Origin: a bacterium
GTDB taxonomy: Bacteria > Bacillota_I > Bacilli_A > RFN20 > CAG-288
Direction: 5' to 3'
NCBI GenBank assembly: GCA_963612025.1
Contig: CAVDUB010000005.1
Location: 8,943-72,942, forward strand
Length of the DNA: 64,000 bases
A model generated the notes under the pieces. That model did no database searches and was not told the origin of the DNA. It worked only from the letters and a program-made list of their open reading frames with translations. Shown piece after piece: positions 41,010 to 50,282 of the stretch; position 1 is the stretch's first letter; every line of letters starts with the position of its first letter. Both the position numbers and the translations under genes were made by a program.

Positions 41010-41912
41010 TCACGGCTTGTCCCGATTCTTTATAATCGATAGATCCCTCTCAAGCTGATCCTTAAGCGAAGAAAGAGAATCGAATTTTCTTTGTGGCCTC
41101 AGATAGGAAACAAAGGATATCTTGATTTCCTGATCATAAAGGTCACCTTCAAAATCAAGAAGATGCGTTTCCACAATAGCCTGCTCAAGAGGAGAGATGG
41201 TCGGGTGGTTTCCGATATTCGTCATGCTCATATATTCTTTATCCTGATAGAGAGTCCTTGTTTCATAGACTCCGGTTGGAAGTTTGAGTTTTTCATTCGG
41301 ATAAACAATATTCGCAGTCGGGAAGGAGATTTTTCTTCCGTTTTCAAATCCATGGATAACTTTTCCCTTCAAGAAGAACGGATATCCGAGTTCTTTTGTA
41401 GCCTGAGAAAAATCAAAAGATTTCAGATCTTCTTTGATTAGGGAAGAAGAAACCTTTCTTCCGTCATGATAAAAGAGATCGACAATGCTGACCTCCTTGT
41501 CCTTCAGCAGGAGAAGGTCTGTGGCTTTGCCCAATGCATTCTTCGCAAAAGTGAAATCCTTTCCGACAACGATTCTCTTCAAGGAAGGAATGGAGAGAAA
41601 AGAGAGAAATTCCTCAATAGAGCAGGAAACCATCTTTTCATCAAAAGGCAGAACGTATTCCGTCTCAATCCCAAGAAAAGAAAGCATTTCATCTTTTTCA
41701 TCATCCGTAAGAAGGAGTTCCTCCTCTTTATGGAAAAGCCGGCTTTTGAAATCGGAGGAAAAAGTCAAAACACAAGGATGATTGCCTTTCGACTTCAGTT
41801 CATCAAGAAGGAGGCGATGTCCGATGTGGATGCCATCAAAAAAACCGATTGCCAGAGAGAAATCCTCCTTCCTCTTCAGGCCTTTTTCGAAATCAAGGAT
41901 GACTTTATTCAT
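41010..41912 (-). CDS. ribF: Bifunctional riboflavin kinase / FMN adenylyltransferase
   Basis: GFFDGIHIGH (nucleotidyltransferase), FPTANI and IGNHPTI (kinase). The ATG at 41912 overlaps the truB stop by 8 nt. Confidence 0.9.
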   Translation of the reverse strand: MNKVILDFEKGLKRKEDFSLAIGFFDGIHIGHRLLLDELKSKGNHPCVLTFSSDFKSRLFHKEEELLLTDDEKDEMLSFLGIETEYVLPFDEKMVSCSIEEFLSFLSIPSLKRIVVGKDFTFAKNALGKATDLLLLKDKEVSIVDLFYHDGRKVSSSLIKEDLKSFDFSQATKELGYPFFLKGKVIHGFENGRKISFPTANIVYPNEKLKLPTGVYETRTLYQDKEYMSMTNIGNHPTISPLEQAIVETHLLDFEGDLYDQEIKISFVSYLRPQRKFDSLSSLKDQLERDLSIIKNRDKP

Positions 41913-42765
41913 GCCGCATTCCCTTATAACAATGATAGACGTTTCCGTTTTTCTTATAAACCGCAAGAAGTTCCTCTTTCCTCATCATGAAAAGATATTC
42001 ATCCTCATAGGGAAGATGAAGACTCTGCCCATTCCGGATTCGGAAAGAAAGCGTATCATCGCATTCAACTTTCCTGATATTGTCATGAAAATAGGTGATT
42101 GGGAAAAGATTCTCCATTGTTGCTTCTTTTGCCTTGACAGCCCCTTCAAGTCCGATCGGACCGATTTTTGTTCTTCTGAGCTGAGTGAGATATCCGATCG
42201 TGCCCAAACGTTCAGCAATGTCTTTTCCAAGGACTCGAATATAGGTTCCCTTGGAGACACGCGTTTGGAAGACAAGAAGATTCTTTTCCGTGTCATACGA
42301 AAGAAGATTGAGTTCATAGATGGTGATTCTTTGACTGTCCAATACGACTTTGCTTCCCTCTCTGGCAAGGTGATAGGCTTTTGTTCCTTTGTAGTGTTTT
42401 GCACTATAAAGAGGCGGAATCTGGCTTTGTTCACCAATGAAGGAAGTAAATACCATCTTGATTTCTTCTATGGAATATTTTTTTACATCAACTTGATTTT
42501 CAATCTCAGTTTCCGTGTCGAGGGAAGGCGTTGTCATGCCAAGCTGAAGTGTCGCGATATATTCTTTCTCGCCATCAGGAAAAAGAGGATTGAGTTTGCA
42601 TGCCTCATTGACGGAAATCAAAAGAAGTCCGGTCGCAAAAGGATCGAGTGTTCCAAGATGTCCGGCTTTTGAGACACCCAGTCTTTTTTTGATGATGCGA
42701 TCGACATCGCTGGAGGTATAATCCTTTTCCTTGTCGACTTTGATAAATCCTGAAATCATATTCAT
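41905..42765 (-). CDS. truB: tRNA pseudouridine-55 synthase
   Basis: GHLGTLDPFATGLL catalytic-Asp block. The ATG at 42765 forms an ATGA overlap with the nth stop. Confidence 0.92.
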   Translation of the reverse strand: MNMISGFIKVDKEKDYTSSDVDRIIKKRLGVSKAGHLGTLDPFATGLLLISVNEACKLNPLFPDGEKEYIATLQLGMTTPSLDTETEIENQVDVKKYSIEEIKMVFTSFIGEQSQIPPLYSAKHYKGTKAYHLAREGSKVVLDSQRITIYELNLLSYDTEKNLLVFQTRVSKGTYIRVLGKDIAERLGTIGYLTQLRRTKIGPIGLEGAVKAKEATMENLFPITYFHDNIRKVECDDTLSFRIRNGQSLHLPYEDEYLFMMRKEELLAVYKKNGNVYHCYKGMRHE

Positions 42766-43394
42766 TTTCTTTTTATTTCTGTACAAAGTTCTTTTAATGG
42801 ACAAATCGCACAGGATGGATTTGTCGCCTTGCAAATATTTCTTCCGAAGAGGATAAACTGTCTATGGAGAGTGATATATTTTGATCCTTGAAAGATTCTT
42901 TCCAAAACCGTTTCTGTTTTTTCTGGTGTTTCTCTTCTGATCAGGCCCAGCCTCTTGCTGACTCTCTGGACATGGGTATCCACAGGGAAGAAGTCCTCAA
43001 TTCCAAGTTCGGAAAGAACAACGCCGCTTGTCTTATAGCCCACCCCAGGCAATTTCATCAATTCTTTTCGATCGTGGGGAAGCATTCCATGATAGTCTTC
43101 TCTTAAGATTCTAGCTGTCGATAGAAGATATTCCGTCTTGGATTTCGCTAATCCGATTCTTTTGATGATGGCGTAGATTCTTTCTTTCTTATCGCAGGTA
43201 TAATCGCTCAACATGGGGCATTCCTTAAAAAGAACACCTGTCGCATCATTGACGCTTTTATCCGTTGCCTGAGCAGATAGAATCACGGCAAAAAGAAGTT
43301 CATAATCCTTTGTATAATTTAGAAATGTCTTTGTCTGAGGATATTCCTTATTTAAAACTTCCTTGATTTTTTCTGCCTTCTTATTTGTCGCCAT
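42762..43394 (-). CDS. nth: Endonuclease III
   Basis: LLSAQATD, helix-hairpin-helix LPGVGYKTSGVVL and a 4Fe-4S cluster CKATNPSCAICPLKELC. The start is MATNKK at 43394; the track ORF is extended upstream into dnaD. Confidence 0.93.
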   Translation of the reverse strand: MATNKKAEKIKEVLNKEYPQTKTFLNYTKDYELLFAVILSAQATDKSVNDATGVLFKECPMLSDYTCDKKERIYAIIKRIGLAKSKTEYLLSTARILREDYHGMLPHDRKELMKLPGVGYKTSGVVLSELGIEDFFPVDTHVQRVSKRLGLIRRETPEKTETVLERIFQGSKYITLHRQFILFGRNICKATNPSCAICPLKELCTEIKRK

Positions 43395-44034
43395 GGTAGG
43401 TCCAATCCGTATGCGTGAAGATATCGCGGAGTTCTTCTCGGCTCTTGGTCTCTTCATTGACAAGGGAAGCCCCGATGTTCTTTCTCGTTTCGCTTCTTTG
43501 CATTTCAAGAATGAGCTTGTCCGCATTGCGGAAAGAGACATTTCCGCTCTTCGTGATCGATTTCTTGAGTGCTTCCTTGACCATGCCTTCCTCAGCACCG
43601 GATTTCAGCCAGCTTGTGATCTGATCTCTTTCAAGCGGTGTCAGGCATCTGCCGGCAATGGATTCCGCTTCCTGGAAGAGATTGTCGGAAGCATTCGAAT
43701 CATGACCATAATTCGACGTCTTCAGGGAGAAATCCTTGATAGCATCCTCAAAGAGACGCTTCTTGAATTCGTCTAGGGAGGTATAAAATGCGTTTCCTTC
43801 CGAATGGATGGTTAGGATTTTCTTGGCCATCAGCTCGGACAGGGAAGTGTCCAAGGCATCCTTATTGACCATATAGGGTGAAAGAACATCCTTCGTAATC
43901 AAAATCTTTTCTTCGATATGAAGAATGCAATCGGAGACAAAGATGACCATACAGTCTTCCTCGTTGAGATTATAGTTCTTGTATTTTTTGATCAGGATTG
44001 ATTTCCAATCGAAATCAGAAGCTGTAATATCCAT
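43381..44034 (-). CDS. dnaD: DnaD-domain replication initiation protein
   Basis: 217 aa with N-terminal winged-helix-like and C-terminal DnaD-domain segments (LTPLERDQITSWL...GMVKEALKKSI). It lies upstream of nth, as in Bacillus subtilis. Confidence 0.75.
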   Translation of the reverse strand: MDITASDFDWKSILIKKYKNYNLNEEDCMVIFVSDCILHIEEKILITKDVLSPYMVNKDALDTSLSELMAKKILTIHSEGNAFYTSLDEFKKRLFEDAIKDFSLKTSNYGHDSNASDNLFQEAESIAGRCLTPLERDQITSWLKSGAEEGMVKEALKKSITKSGNVSFRNADKLILEMQRSETRKNIGASLVNEETKSREELRDIFTHTDWTYHGDK

Positions 44035-44057
44035 GTGTCATTTCCTCCACGAAAAGA

Positions 44058-44735
44058 TTATATATCAAAATAGGGAAAATAAAATTCTTTCAGCATTTGT
44101 TTTTGATAGACTTTGTCGACCTTGGAGATTTCCTCTCTGACTTTCTGCGGATTGAGATACGAAATGAGTTTTTTTGATTCCTGGATGGCCATAGACGTTT
44201 CCTTTTCCAAAGAGAAACCAAGTTCATAGGCGAAACGATAGGCTCTCAGGATTCGAAGCGGATCTTCAGCGAGCCTCGTTTTCTTTTCCCCGATCAGACG
44301 GATCGTCTTTTTTTCGATATCCTCCAAGCCTTGATTTAACGGATCAAGGATATCGAGGCTATAGGGAACGTAGAGCGCATTGATTGTGAAATCGCGTCGA
44401 AGGCAATCTTCCTCGATGGATGAGACAAATTCGACATTGGATGGATGACGATGATCAAAATAGTTTTTTTCTTTTCGCATCCTTGCCAGGGTAATATGTC
44501 TTCCCTCTTCCTTATAGGTGATTGTCTGGAACTTCATATAGATAAGCGCATCCTCAAAAAGGCTCTTCACAGATGAAAAATCATCTGTCCGAAAAGCAAT
44601 ATCCAAATCAAGGCTTTTTCTTTCGAGCAGGCTATCGCGGACAAACCCGCCGACCAAAAAAACGTTCTCTCGTCCCATTTTCGATTGGATGGACAAAAAA
44701 AGAGATGAACAAGGTTCCGAAAGTGTCAGTTTCAT
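44058..44735 (-). CDS. Class-II tRNA nucleotidyltransferase (CCA-adding enzyme/poly(A) polymerase family), head and neck domains only
   Basis: GGFVRD, DLDIA (DxD), RRDFTINAL and EDPLRILRAYRF (motif D) are all present, but the protein is only 225 aa. The next gene starts 23 nt downstream. Confidence 0.8.
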   Translation of the reverse strand: MKLTLSEPCSSLFLSIQSKMGRENVFLVGGFVRDSLLERKSLDLDIAFRTDDFSSVKSLFEDALIYMKFQTITYKEEGRHITLARMRKEKNYFDHRHPSNVEFVSSIEEDCLRRDFTINALYVPYSLDILDPLNQGLEDIEKKTIRLIGEKKTRLAEDPLRILRAYRFAYELGFSLEKETSMAIQESKKLISYLNPQKVREEISKVDKVYQKQMLKEFYFPYFDI

Positions 44736-44759
44736 ATAAAAATGCCGTCAAAAGACGGC
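44736..44759 (-). terminator. Intrinsic terminator after hup
   Basis: Minus strand reads gccgtc-tttt-gacggc followed by atttttat. The U-tract runs right up to the ATG of the cca-like gene. Confidence 0.65.
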
Positions 44760-44768
44760 AAGAGAATC

Positions 44769-45077
44769 TTATTTGGATTCGTTGACAAGATCCTTGAGGG
44801 TCTTGGATGGCTTGAACTTAACGGATTTGCTGGCCGGAATATCAATTTTTTCAGAGACATTGGAAGGATTGACGCCGCTGCGAGCTGGACGTTCCACCAA
44901 AGAGAACTGACCAAAGCCGGCAATCTTGACGTTTCCATACTCAGGATCGATAAGTCCCTGAGCAATGCAGGCAAACACGATTTCAATCGCATTGAGGGCA
45001 TCACCCTTCTTCATTCTCCCCATCGTAGCCAACTGTTCAGCCAAGTCATCTTTTGTGATTAATTTCTTTTCTTCCAT
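44769..45077 (-). CDS. hup: HU-family DNA-binding protein
   Basis: GFGQFSLVERPARSGVNPSN...IPASKSVKFKPSKTLKD is the HU beta-arm signature. 102 aa. Confidence 0.93.
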   Translation of the reverse strand: MEEKKLITKDDLAEQLATMGRMKKGDALNAIEIVFACIAQGLIDPEYGNVKIAGFGQFSLVERPARSGVNPSNVSEKIDIPASKSVKFKPSKTLKDLVNESK

Positions 45078-45155
45078 AATTCATACACCTTTCTTAAAAA
45101 AAAGATAACACATCTTTATGGAAATTTCAATTTATTTCGTAATTATGGGGATTTT

Positions 45156-46148
45156 TTACATTTCCGATTTCAGTTCACGTGCCATAGTTTTTCTAAGGCA
45201 GAGTGAGGGCTTCTCAAACTGATAGCAGACCTTGTAGACAGAAGAAACAATCGGCATATCAAGATGATGCTTCAGGGCGTATTCATATGCGATCTTGGCC
45301 GTATGGATTCCTTCCACAGTCTTCTTATTCTCTTCCATCATCTTTTTGGCATCGTCTATTTTCCCCAAGGCATAGCCAAAGGCGAAATTGCGGCTCTGCA
45401 TGCTCGAACATGTCAAAAGCAGGTCTCCAATTCCAGTCAAGCCATAGAATGTCTGTTCCTGTCCACCCATGCAAAGGCCAAAGCGGACCATCTCCTTGAG
45501 TCCCCTGGTCACAAGTCCCGCCTTGGCATTTTCGCCCTCTCCAAGCCCGTAAATGGCCCCAGAAGCGATGGCAATGACGTTCTTCAAGGCAGCCGCGCAC
45601 TGGCTGGAGATTTCATCCTGATTCGTATAGATACGGAAGGTGGGCGTCGAGAAAAGAATCTGCGCCTTCTTGGCTGATTCAAGATCATGGGAAACTGCGC
45701 ATAGGGTTGTCACCTTGTCGAGGATGACTTCATCGGCGAAACTCGGGCCAACCAGGGAGACAACGCCTGAAATCTTCTTTTGATCCAATTCTTCCTTGAG
45801 GACATTGCCGAGAGGCTCGAGCGTCTCAGGGTCAAATCCTTTGGCTGCGGATAGAATGAGAACCCTATTCTTCAATAAGGGATTGACCTTCTTCGCCATA
45901 GCGCGGTAAGCGATGGAGGGAATGCAGAATAAGACAATTTCTGCATCCTTGACACATTCTTCCAAAGAGAGGGTGAAATGAATTTTTGGGCTGAGGATGA
46001 CGGATGGGAAATATTTCAGATTTATATGTTTTTCCTCATCAAAAGAGGAGGCGTCACGGCAGAACATCTCAATCTGATAATCATGATAAGAGAAGACATG
46101 TGCCAAGGCTGTTGCCCAGGCTCCGTTTCCGAGTATGGCAATTTTCAT
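45156..46148 (-). CDS. gpsA: NAD(P)H-dependent glycerol-3-phosphate dehydrogenase
   Basis: MKIAILGNGAWATALA Rossmann motif. It sits in the conserved der-gpsA pair. Confidence 0.93.
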   Translation of the reverse strand: MKIAILGNGAWATALAHVFSYHDYQIEMFCRDASSFDEEKHINLKYFPSVILSPKIHFTLSLEECVKDAEIVLFCIPSIAYRAMAKKVNPLLKNRVLILSAAKGFDPETLEPLGNVLKEELDQKKISGVVSLVGPSFADEVILDKVTTLCAVSHDLESAKKAQILFSTPTFRIYTNQDEISSQCAAALKNVIAIASGAIYGLGEGENAKAGLVTRGLKEMVRFGLCMGGQEQTFYGLTGIGDLLLTCSSMQSRNFAFGYALGKIDDAKKMMEENKKTVEGIHTAKIAYEYALKHHLDMPIVSSVYKVCYQFEKPSLCLRKTMARELKSEM

Positions 46149-46149
46149 T

Positions 46150-47481
46150 TTATTTATTTTTCAGAATATCATCTCTCTTGCCACGGATCAAAAGCTTGAT
46201 TGGGCAATTATTGAAGCCAAATTGGCTGCGAATGACATTTTCAAGATATCTCTGATACGAGAAATGGAAATAGTTCGGATTGTTGCAGAAAAGAACAAAC
46301 GTCGGCGGAACATCCTTCGACTGAGTGCAATAGGAAATCTTGAGTCTTCCACCATTGAAATCCGGTGCCTCGTTGTCCATTTGGGCCTTGAGGATGATCG
46401 AATTGAGAAGACTGGATGGAATTGTCTTATGCATCGTTTCATAGACCTCATTCATCGTCTGGAAGATGCGTTGGATATTGTTTCCTGTAAGAGCCGAGAC
46501 AAAGACGACGGGTGAATAATCAAGGAACTTGAAATACGTCTTCAATTCCTTGCTGAAACGTCTTTGCGCATCTTGGGTGTGTTCGACCAAGTCCCATTTA
46601 TTGACGATGATGATGACCGGTTTATTATTCTCAATGGCATAACTGGAAACATGGATATCCTGTGAGACAAGACCTTCGCTTGCATCCACCAAAAGAAGGA
46701 TGATATCGGCTCTTTTGGCAGCGTCGGCAGAACGGATGACGGCATATTTGTCGAGATCCTCTTCGACCTTTCCGGGACGCTTGATGCCGGCGGTATCGAT
46801 CATGACATATTTCTTGCCTTCTCTTTCGAACTGGATATCAACGGAATCACGTGTCGTTCCGCTCTGGGGAGACGTGATGACGCGATTCTTTCCGATAATC
46901 TTATTGGCAAGAGAGGACTTTCCAACATTCGGTCTACCCAGAAGTGCGAAGGTCAAGGAATCCGCATATTTATCCAAGTCGACTTTCGGGAGCTTCGCTA
47001 TGACATCATCGAGAAGGTCGCCCAATCCGATTCCGTGCTCAGCCGAAATGGCATAGGGTTCACCAAATCCAAGCTGATAGAATTCATAGGCATTGCCAAT
47101 CAATGTATTGTCATCGATTTTATTGACGACAAGGAGAACTTTCTTTCGATAAGAGAAAAGCTTTTTGGCGACAAAAAGATCGTTATTGGTCACGCCGGCT
47201 CTTCCATCAACGACAAAAAGAATCAAATCCGCTTCCTGACAGCCGAGTTCGACCTGAGCCTGAACTTCTTTCTGGAAAGGGATGTTTTCGCCCGTGACAC
47301 CGCCCGTATCGATAAGCGTGAATTCTTTGTCAAGCCAGTGACCGGTTCCATAGTTGCGATCTCTGGTGATGCCGAATTCCTTGCCTGTGATTTCCTGACG
47401 GGAATCGGATAGACGATTGAATAAAGTGGATTTTCCGCTGGAGGGAGATCCAACTAAAGCGACTGTACCAAGTGTTTCCAT
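46150..47481 (-). CDS. der: Ribosome-biogenesis GTPase Der (EngA)
   Basis: Two G domains (GSPSSGKST/DTGG/NKID and GRPNVGKSSL/DTAG/NKWD) plus a KH-like C-terminus. Confidence 0.95.
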   Translation of the reverse strand: METLGTVALVGSPSSGKSTLFNRLSDSRQEITGKEFGITRDRNYGTGHWLDKEFTLIDTGGVTGENIPFQKEVQAQVELGCQEADLILFVVDGRAGVTNNDLFVAKKLFSYRKKVLLVVNKIDDNTLIGNAYEFYQLGFGEPYAISAEHGIGLGDLLDDVIAKLPKVDLDKYADSLTFALLGRPNVGKSSLANKIIGKNRVITSPQSGTTRDSVDIQFEREGKKYVMIDTAGIKRPGKVEEDLDKYAVIRSADAAKRADIILLLVDASEGLVSQDIHVSSYAIENNKPVIIIVNKWDLVEHTQDAQRRFSKELKTYFKFLDYSPVVFVSALTGNNIQRIFQTMNEVYETMHKTIPSSLLNSIILKAQMDNEAPDFNGGRLKISYCTQSKDVPPTFVLFCNNPNYFHFSYQRYLENVIRSQFGFNNCPIKLLIRGKRDDILKNK

Positions 47482-48152
47482 TCTTCTTCACCTATTCTCT
47501 TTCTGAAAAGCTCGATAATCGCATCCACTTCCTCCTCAATCGTCAGATCAGAGGTATCCAGTTCGATGGCATCATCGGCTTTTCTAAGCGGAGAGTTTTC
47601 CCTGTGGGAATCAATAAAGTCTCTCCGTTCGATTTCTTTCTGTATTTCTTCAACTGTGCTGTTTGAGATTCCTTTTTCGACATTCTCCTTCTGGCGTCGA
47701 ATCGCTCTCGCAAGGGGAGAAGCCACTTGATAGACCTTCAATGTGGCTGAGGGGAGAACGACCGTACCGATATCTCTTCCGTCCATGATGACATTTTCAT
47801 CCTGTGCAATCTTCTGCTGGAGAAGAACGAGTTTCTCTCGGACTTCAAGATGGGCACAGGCGTAGGAAACCTGATGGGAGATATCTTCCTGTCTGACACG
47901 CTGAGTCACATCTTTTCCATTGAGGAAGACGTGTCCAAGGCGATCTTCCTTGATTTCGCATTCATCAAGGATGGAAATCGCATCTTTTCTGGATTGAGTA
48001 TCCAAGCCTTTTTCGAGCATAAGAAGCGTCACAGCCCGATACATGGCTCCAGTATCGACATAAAGAAAATTCAGCTTTTTTGCAATGATTTTGGCTGCAG
48101 TGGATTTGCCGCTGGCTGCCGGACCATCGATTGCTATAGAATAACATTTCAT
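47454..48152 (-). CDS. cmk: Cytidylate kinase
   Basis: IAIDGPAASGKST P-loop. 232 aa. Its 3' end overlaps the der start by 28 nt. Confidence 0.93.
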   Translation of the reverse strand: MKCYSIAIDGPAASGKSTAAKIIAKKLNFLYVDTGAMYRAVTLLMLEKGLDTQSRKDAISILDECEIKEDRLGHVFLNGKDVTQRVRQEDISHQVSYACAHLEVREKLVLLQQKIAQDENVIMDGRDIGTVVLPSATLKVYQVASPLARAIRRQKENVEKGISNSTVEEIQKEIERRDFIDSHRENSPLRKADDAIELDTSDLTIEEEVDAIIELFRKRIGEEEWKHLVQSL

Positions 48153-48153
48153 T

Positions 48154-48543
48154 TTATATAGCCCCCGTAAACAATAGCGTCAAGATGAATATCAAAACAA
48201 GCAAGGCAAAAGGGATGGTGATGAGAAGGATGATTTTCCCTTGGGTAAAACGTCTTTGATGGGAAAGACGTTCCTTCTTCTTTTCCTGATAAAGAGATTC
48301 GGTCTCTTTCTTCTTAACTTCCTGATCATAAGCTTCGTTGGCCTCAATCAGTTGGTCGATGGAAAGAGAAAGCGTATTTTTCTTTATCGGAGGATCTTCC
48401 TTGACTTCCTCTGACGTTTTGTGAGAAGAGGACTTTGGAAGGTTCTTGGCGACTTCATCGGTCTCATCAAAAGAGTAGACATCCATATTGGCTATCTTTT
48501 TTCTTAGGCTCTCATATTTGACAACACGACTTTTGTTTTCCAT
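48154..48543 (-). CDS. Hypothetical tail-anchored membrane protein
   Basis: K/E-rich soluble part plus a single C-terminal TM helix (IILLITIPFALLVLIFILTLLF). I chose the start at 48543 (GAGGTGG upstream) because a TATAAT box overlaps the track ATG at 48561. Confidence 0.6.
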   Translation of the reverse strand: MENKSRVVKYESLRKKIANMDVYSFDETDEVAKNLPKSSSHKTSEEVKEDPPIKKNTLSLSIDQLIEANEAYDQEVKKKETESLYQEKKKERLSHQRRFTQGKIILLITIPFALLVLIFILTLLFTGAI

Positions 48544-48618
48544 AATCCACCTCGTATTCATTATAGTAAAAACACCTTTTTTTTCCTAGAAAAAGAGATG
48601 CGAAAACAAAGAAAAGTA

Positions 48619-48647
48619 TTGTAATATTCTCGTGTTTTTCATAAAAT
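48619..48647 (+). promoter_or_regulatory. Promoter of tRNA-Thr
   Basis: TTGTAA-17 nt-TAAAAT, ending 9 nt before the tRNA 5' end. Confidence 0.6.
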
Positions 48648-48656
48648 AGTATGCAT

Positions 48657-48732
48657 GCCGTCATAGCTCAGTTGGTAGAGCATTCGATTCGTAATCGAAA
48701 GGTCGTAGGTCCGATTCCTATTGACGGCACCA
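48657..48732 (+). tRNA. tRNA-Thr (anticodon CGU), CCA encoded
   Basis: gccgtcatagctcagttggtagagcattcgattCGTaatcgaaaggtcgtaggtccgattcctattgacggcacca has acceptor gccgtca/tgacggc, D-arm gctc...gagc and anticodon stem ttcga/tcgaa. Confidence 0.9.
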
Positions 48733-48745
48733 TCCTTATAAATAT

Positions 48746-48772
48746 GTCTGATATATGAATCAGACTTTTTTT
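48746..48772 (+). terminator. Intrinsic terminator after tRNA-Thr
   Basis: gtctgat-atatga-atcagac followed by tttttttat. Confidence 0.8.
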
Positions 48773-48819
48773 ATGACAAAAAATCAGAAATGAGAATTCA
48801 TCAACTTACTCAAATCAAA

Positions 48820-48847
48820 AGAGAGACATCGCTGCCTCTCTTTTTTT
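48820..48847. terminator. Hairpin between tRNA-Thr and the end of rplQ (terminator for the alpha operon and/or plus-strand read-through)
   Basis: agagag-acatcgctgc-ctctct with a T7 run on the plus side and AAAA (T-run on the minus strand) on the other. Confidence 0.55.
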
Positions 48848-48860
48848 ATTTCGGATGAAA

Positions 48861-49268
48861 TTAGTCAACGAAAGCCAAGATGGCCATCGGAGCATTGTCA
48901 CCGCGACGGTTGTAGGTCTTAAGGACTCTGGTGTATCCACCATTTCTTTCCTTGTACTTCGGACCATAGACGTCGAAAAGCTTCTGTAAAGCATTCTTTC
49001 CCGTCTTTGGATCGATGAAACCCTGTTCGCGGACAAATCTAGCAGCCAAACGGCGAGCAGCAAGATCACCCTGCTTTGCATAGGTGACCAAGCGTTCAGC
49101 TTCCTGGCTGGCACGCTTAGCAACCGTGAGCGTGACTTCAATCTGACCAGAGATGATAAGCTGAGAAACAACGTTTCTGAGCATATTCTTTTCTTTGTCA
49201 GAAGTATAGCCGGCCTTGAAGCGGACACCGCCCTTGCCGTGTACATTTCTTCTACCAATAGTACCCAT
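48861..49268 (-). CDS. rplQ: 50S ribosomal protein L17
   Basis: KEKNMLRNVVSQLIISGQIEVT and GGYTRVLK blocks. It is the last gene of the alpha operon. Confidence 0.93.
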   Translation of the reverse strand: MGTIGRRNVHGKGGVRFKAGYTSDKEKNMLRNVVSQLIISGQIEVTLTVAKRASQEAERLVTYAKQGDLAARRLAARFVREQGFIDPKTGKNALQKLFDVYGPKYKERNGGYTRVLKTYNRRGDNAPMAILAFVD

Positions 49269-49284
49269 AGTAGTTTACCTCTCT

Positions 49285-50256
49285 TTACTTCTTGGTGTTG
49301 TCGTCATGTTGGAGTGATAAACCGAAGCTTGCCAATCTTTCCAAGATTTCCTTATAGGATTTCTTGCCTAAGTTACGGACAGTCATCAGTTCAGATTCCT
49401 TCATGTTGCAAAGTTCCTGCACAGTCTTGAGACCATTTCTCTTGAGACAGTTGTAAGAACGGACGGAAAGGTCCAAATCCTCAAGTGTCATCGTTGTGAA
49501 CTGATTCTCAGGTTTTTCTTTGCTGATGGACATGACTGTCGCGGTCTTGACAGCCTGGTCAAGGTCTTCGAAGAGTTTGAAGTGCTCATCGAGAATCTTG
49601 GCAGCCAAAGCAACGGCGTTGCTGGCTTCCATGCTACCATCGGTTTCGACTTCGATGATAAGCTTTTCATAGTTGGCATCATGTCCGACACGGGTCGGTT
49701 CCACGATGATGTTTGTCTTCATGATTGGAGAGAAATTGGAATCGACAGCAATAAGACCTAAAGGCCAATTGCTGGATTTGTGTTCCTCAGCCGTGACAAA
49801 TCCACGTCCCTTCTTTGCCATCAGCTTCATGCTGATATGGCCACCTTTTGCCAAATGGCAGATGACCAGATCCTTATTCACGACGCTGACAAGATCCGGA
49901 CAGATGATATCATTGGCACGGATGACTTTTTCTTCATCCTTGGCTGTGACATCCAACTTCAAAGTTTTATTTTCTTCGATATCCGAATCATCCTTGAGAA
50001 CAAGATTTTTGATGTTCAAGACAATCTGTGTCAAATCTTCGACGACACCCGGAAGCGTGGTGTATTCATGACGGGCACCTGCCACTTCGATGGCGAAGAC
50101 AGCGACACCAGGCAAAGAGGAGAGAAGAACTCTTCTCATAGCATTACCGATGGTAATGCCATAACCAGCCTCCAATGGAGTGATGGTGAAGCGGCCAAAA
50201 TTGGAACGTACATCGTCTTTGTCGATTTGGAACTTCGGTTGTTCAAATTCTTTCAT
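49285..50256 (-). CDS. rpoA: DNA-directed RNA polymerase alpha subunit
   Basis: FTITPLEAGYGITIGNAMRRVLLSS N-terminal domain and C-terminal LDLSVRSYNCLKRNGLKTV. Confidence 0.97.
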   Translation of the reverse strand: MKEFEQPKFQIDKDDVRSNFGRFTITPLEAGYGITIGNAMRRVLLSSLPGVAVFAIEVAGARHEYTTLPGVVEDLTQIVLNIKNLVLKDDSDIEENKTLKLDVTAKDEEKVIRANDIICPDLVSVVNKDLVICHLAKGGHISMKLMAKKGRGFVTAEEHKSSNWPLGLIAVDSNFSPIMKTNIIVEPTRVGHDANYEKLIIEVETDGSMEASNAVALAAKILDEHFKLFEDLDQAVKTATVMSISKEKPENQFTTMTLEDLDLSVRSYNCLKRNGLKTVQELCNMKESELMTVRNLGKKSYKEILERLASFGLSLQHDDNTKK

Positions 50257-50282
50257 TCTCTAGCTCTCCTTTCCGCTGTTCT

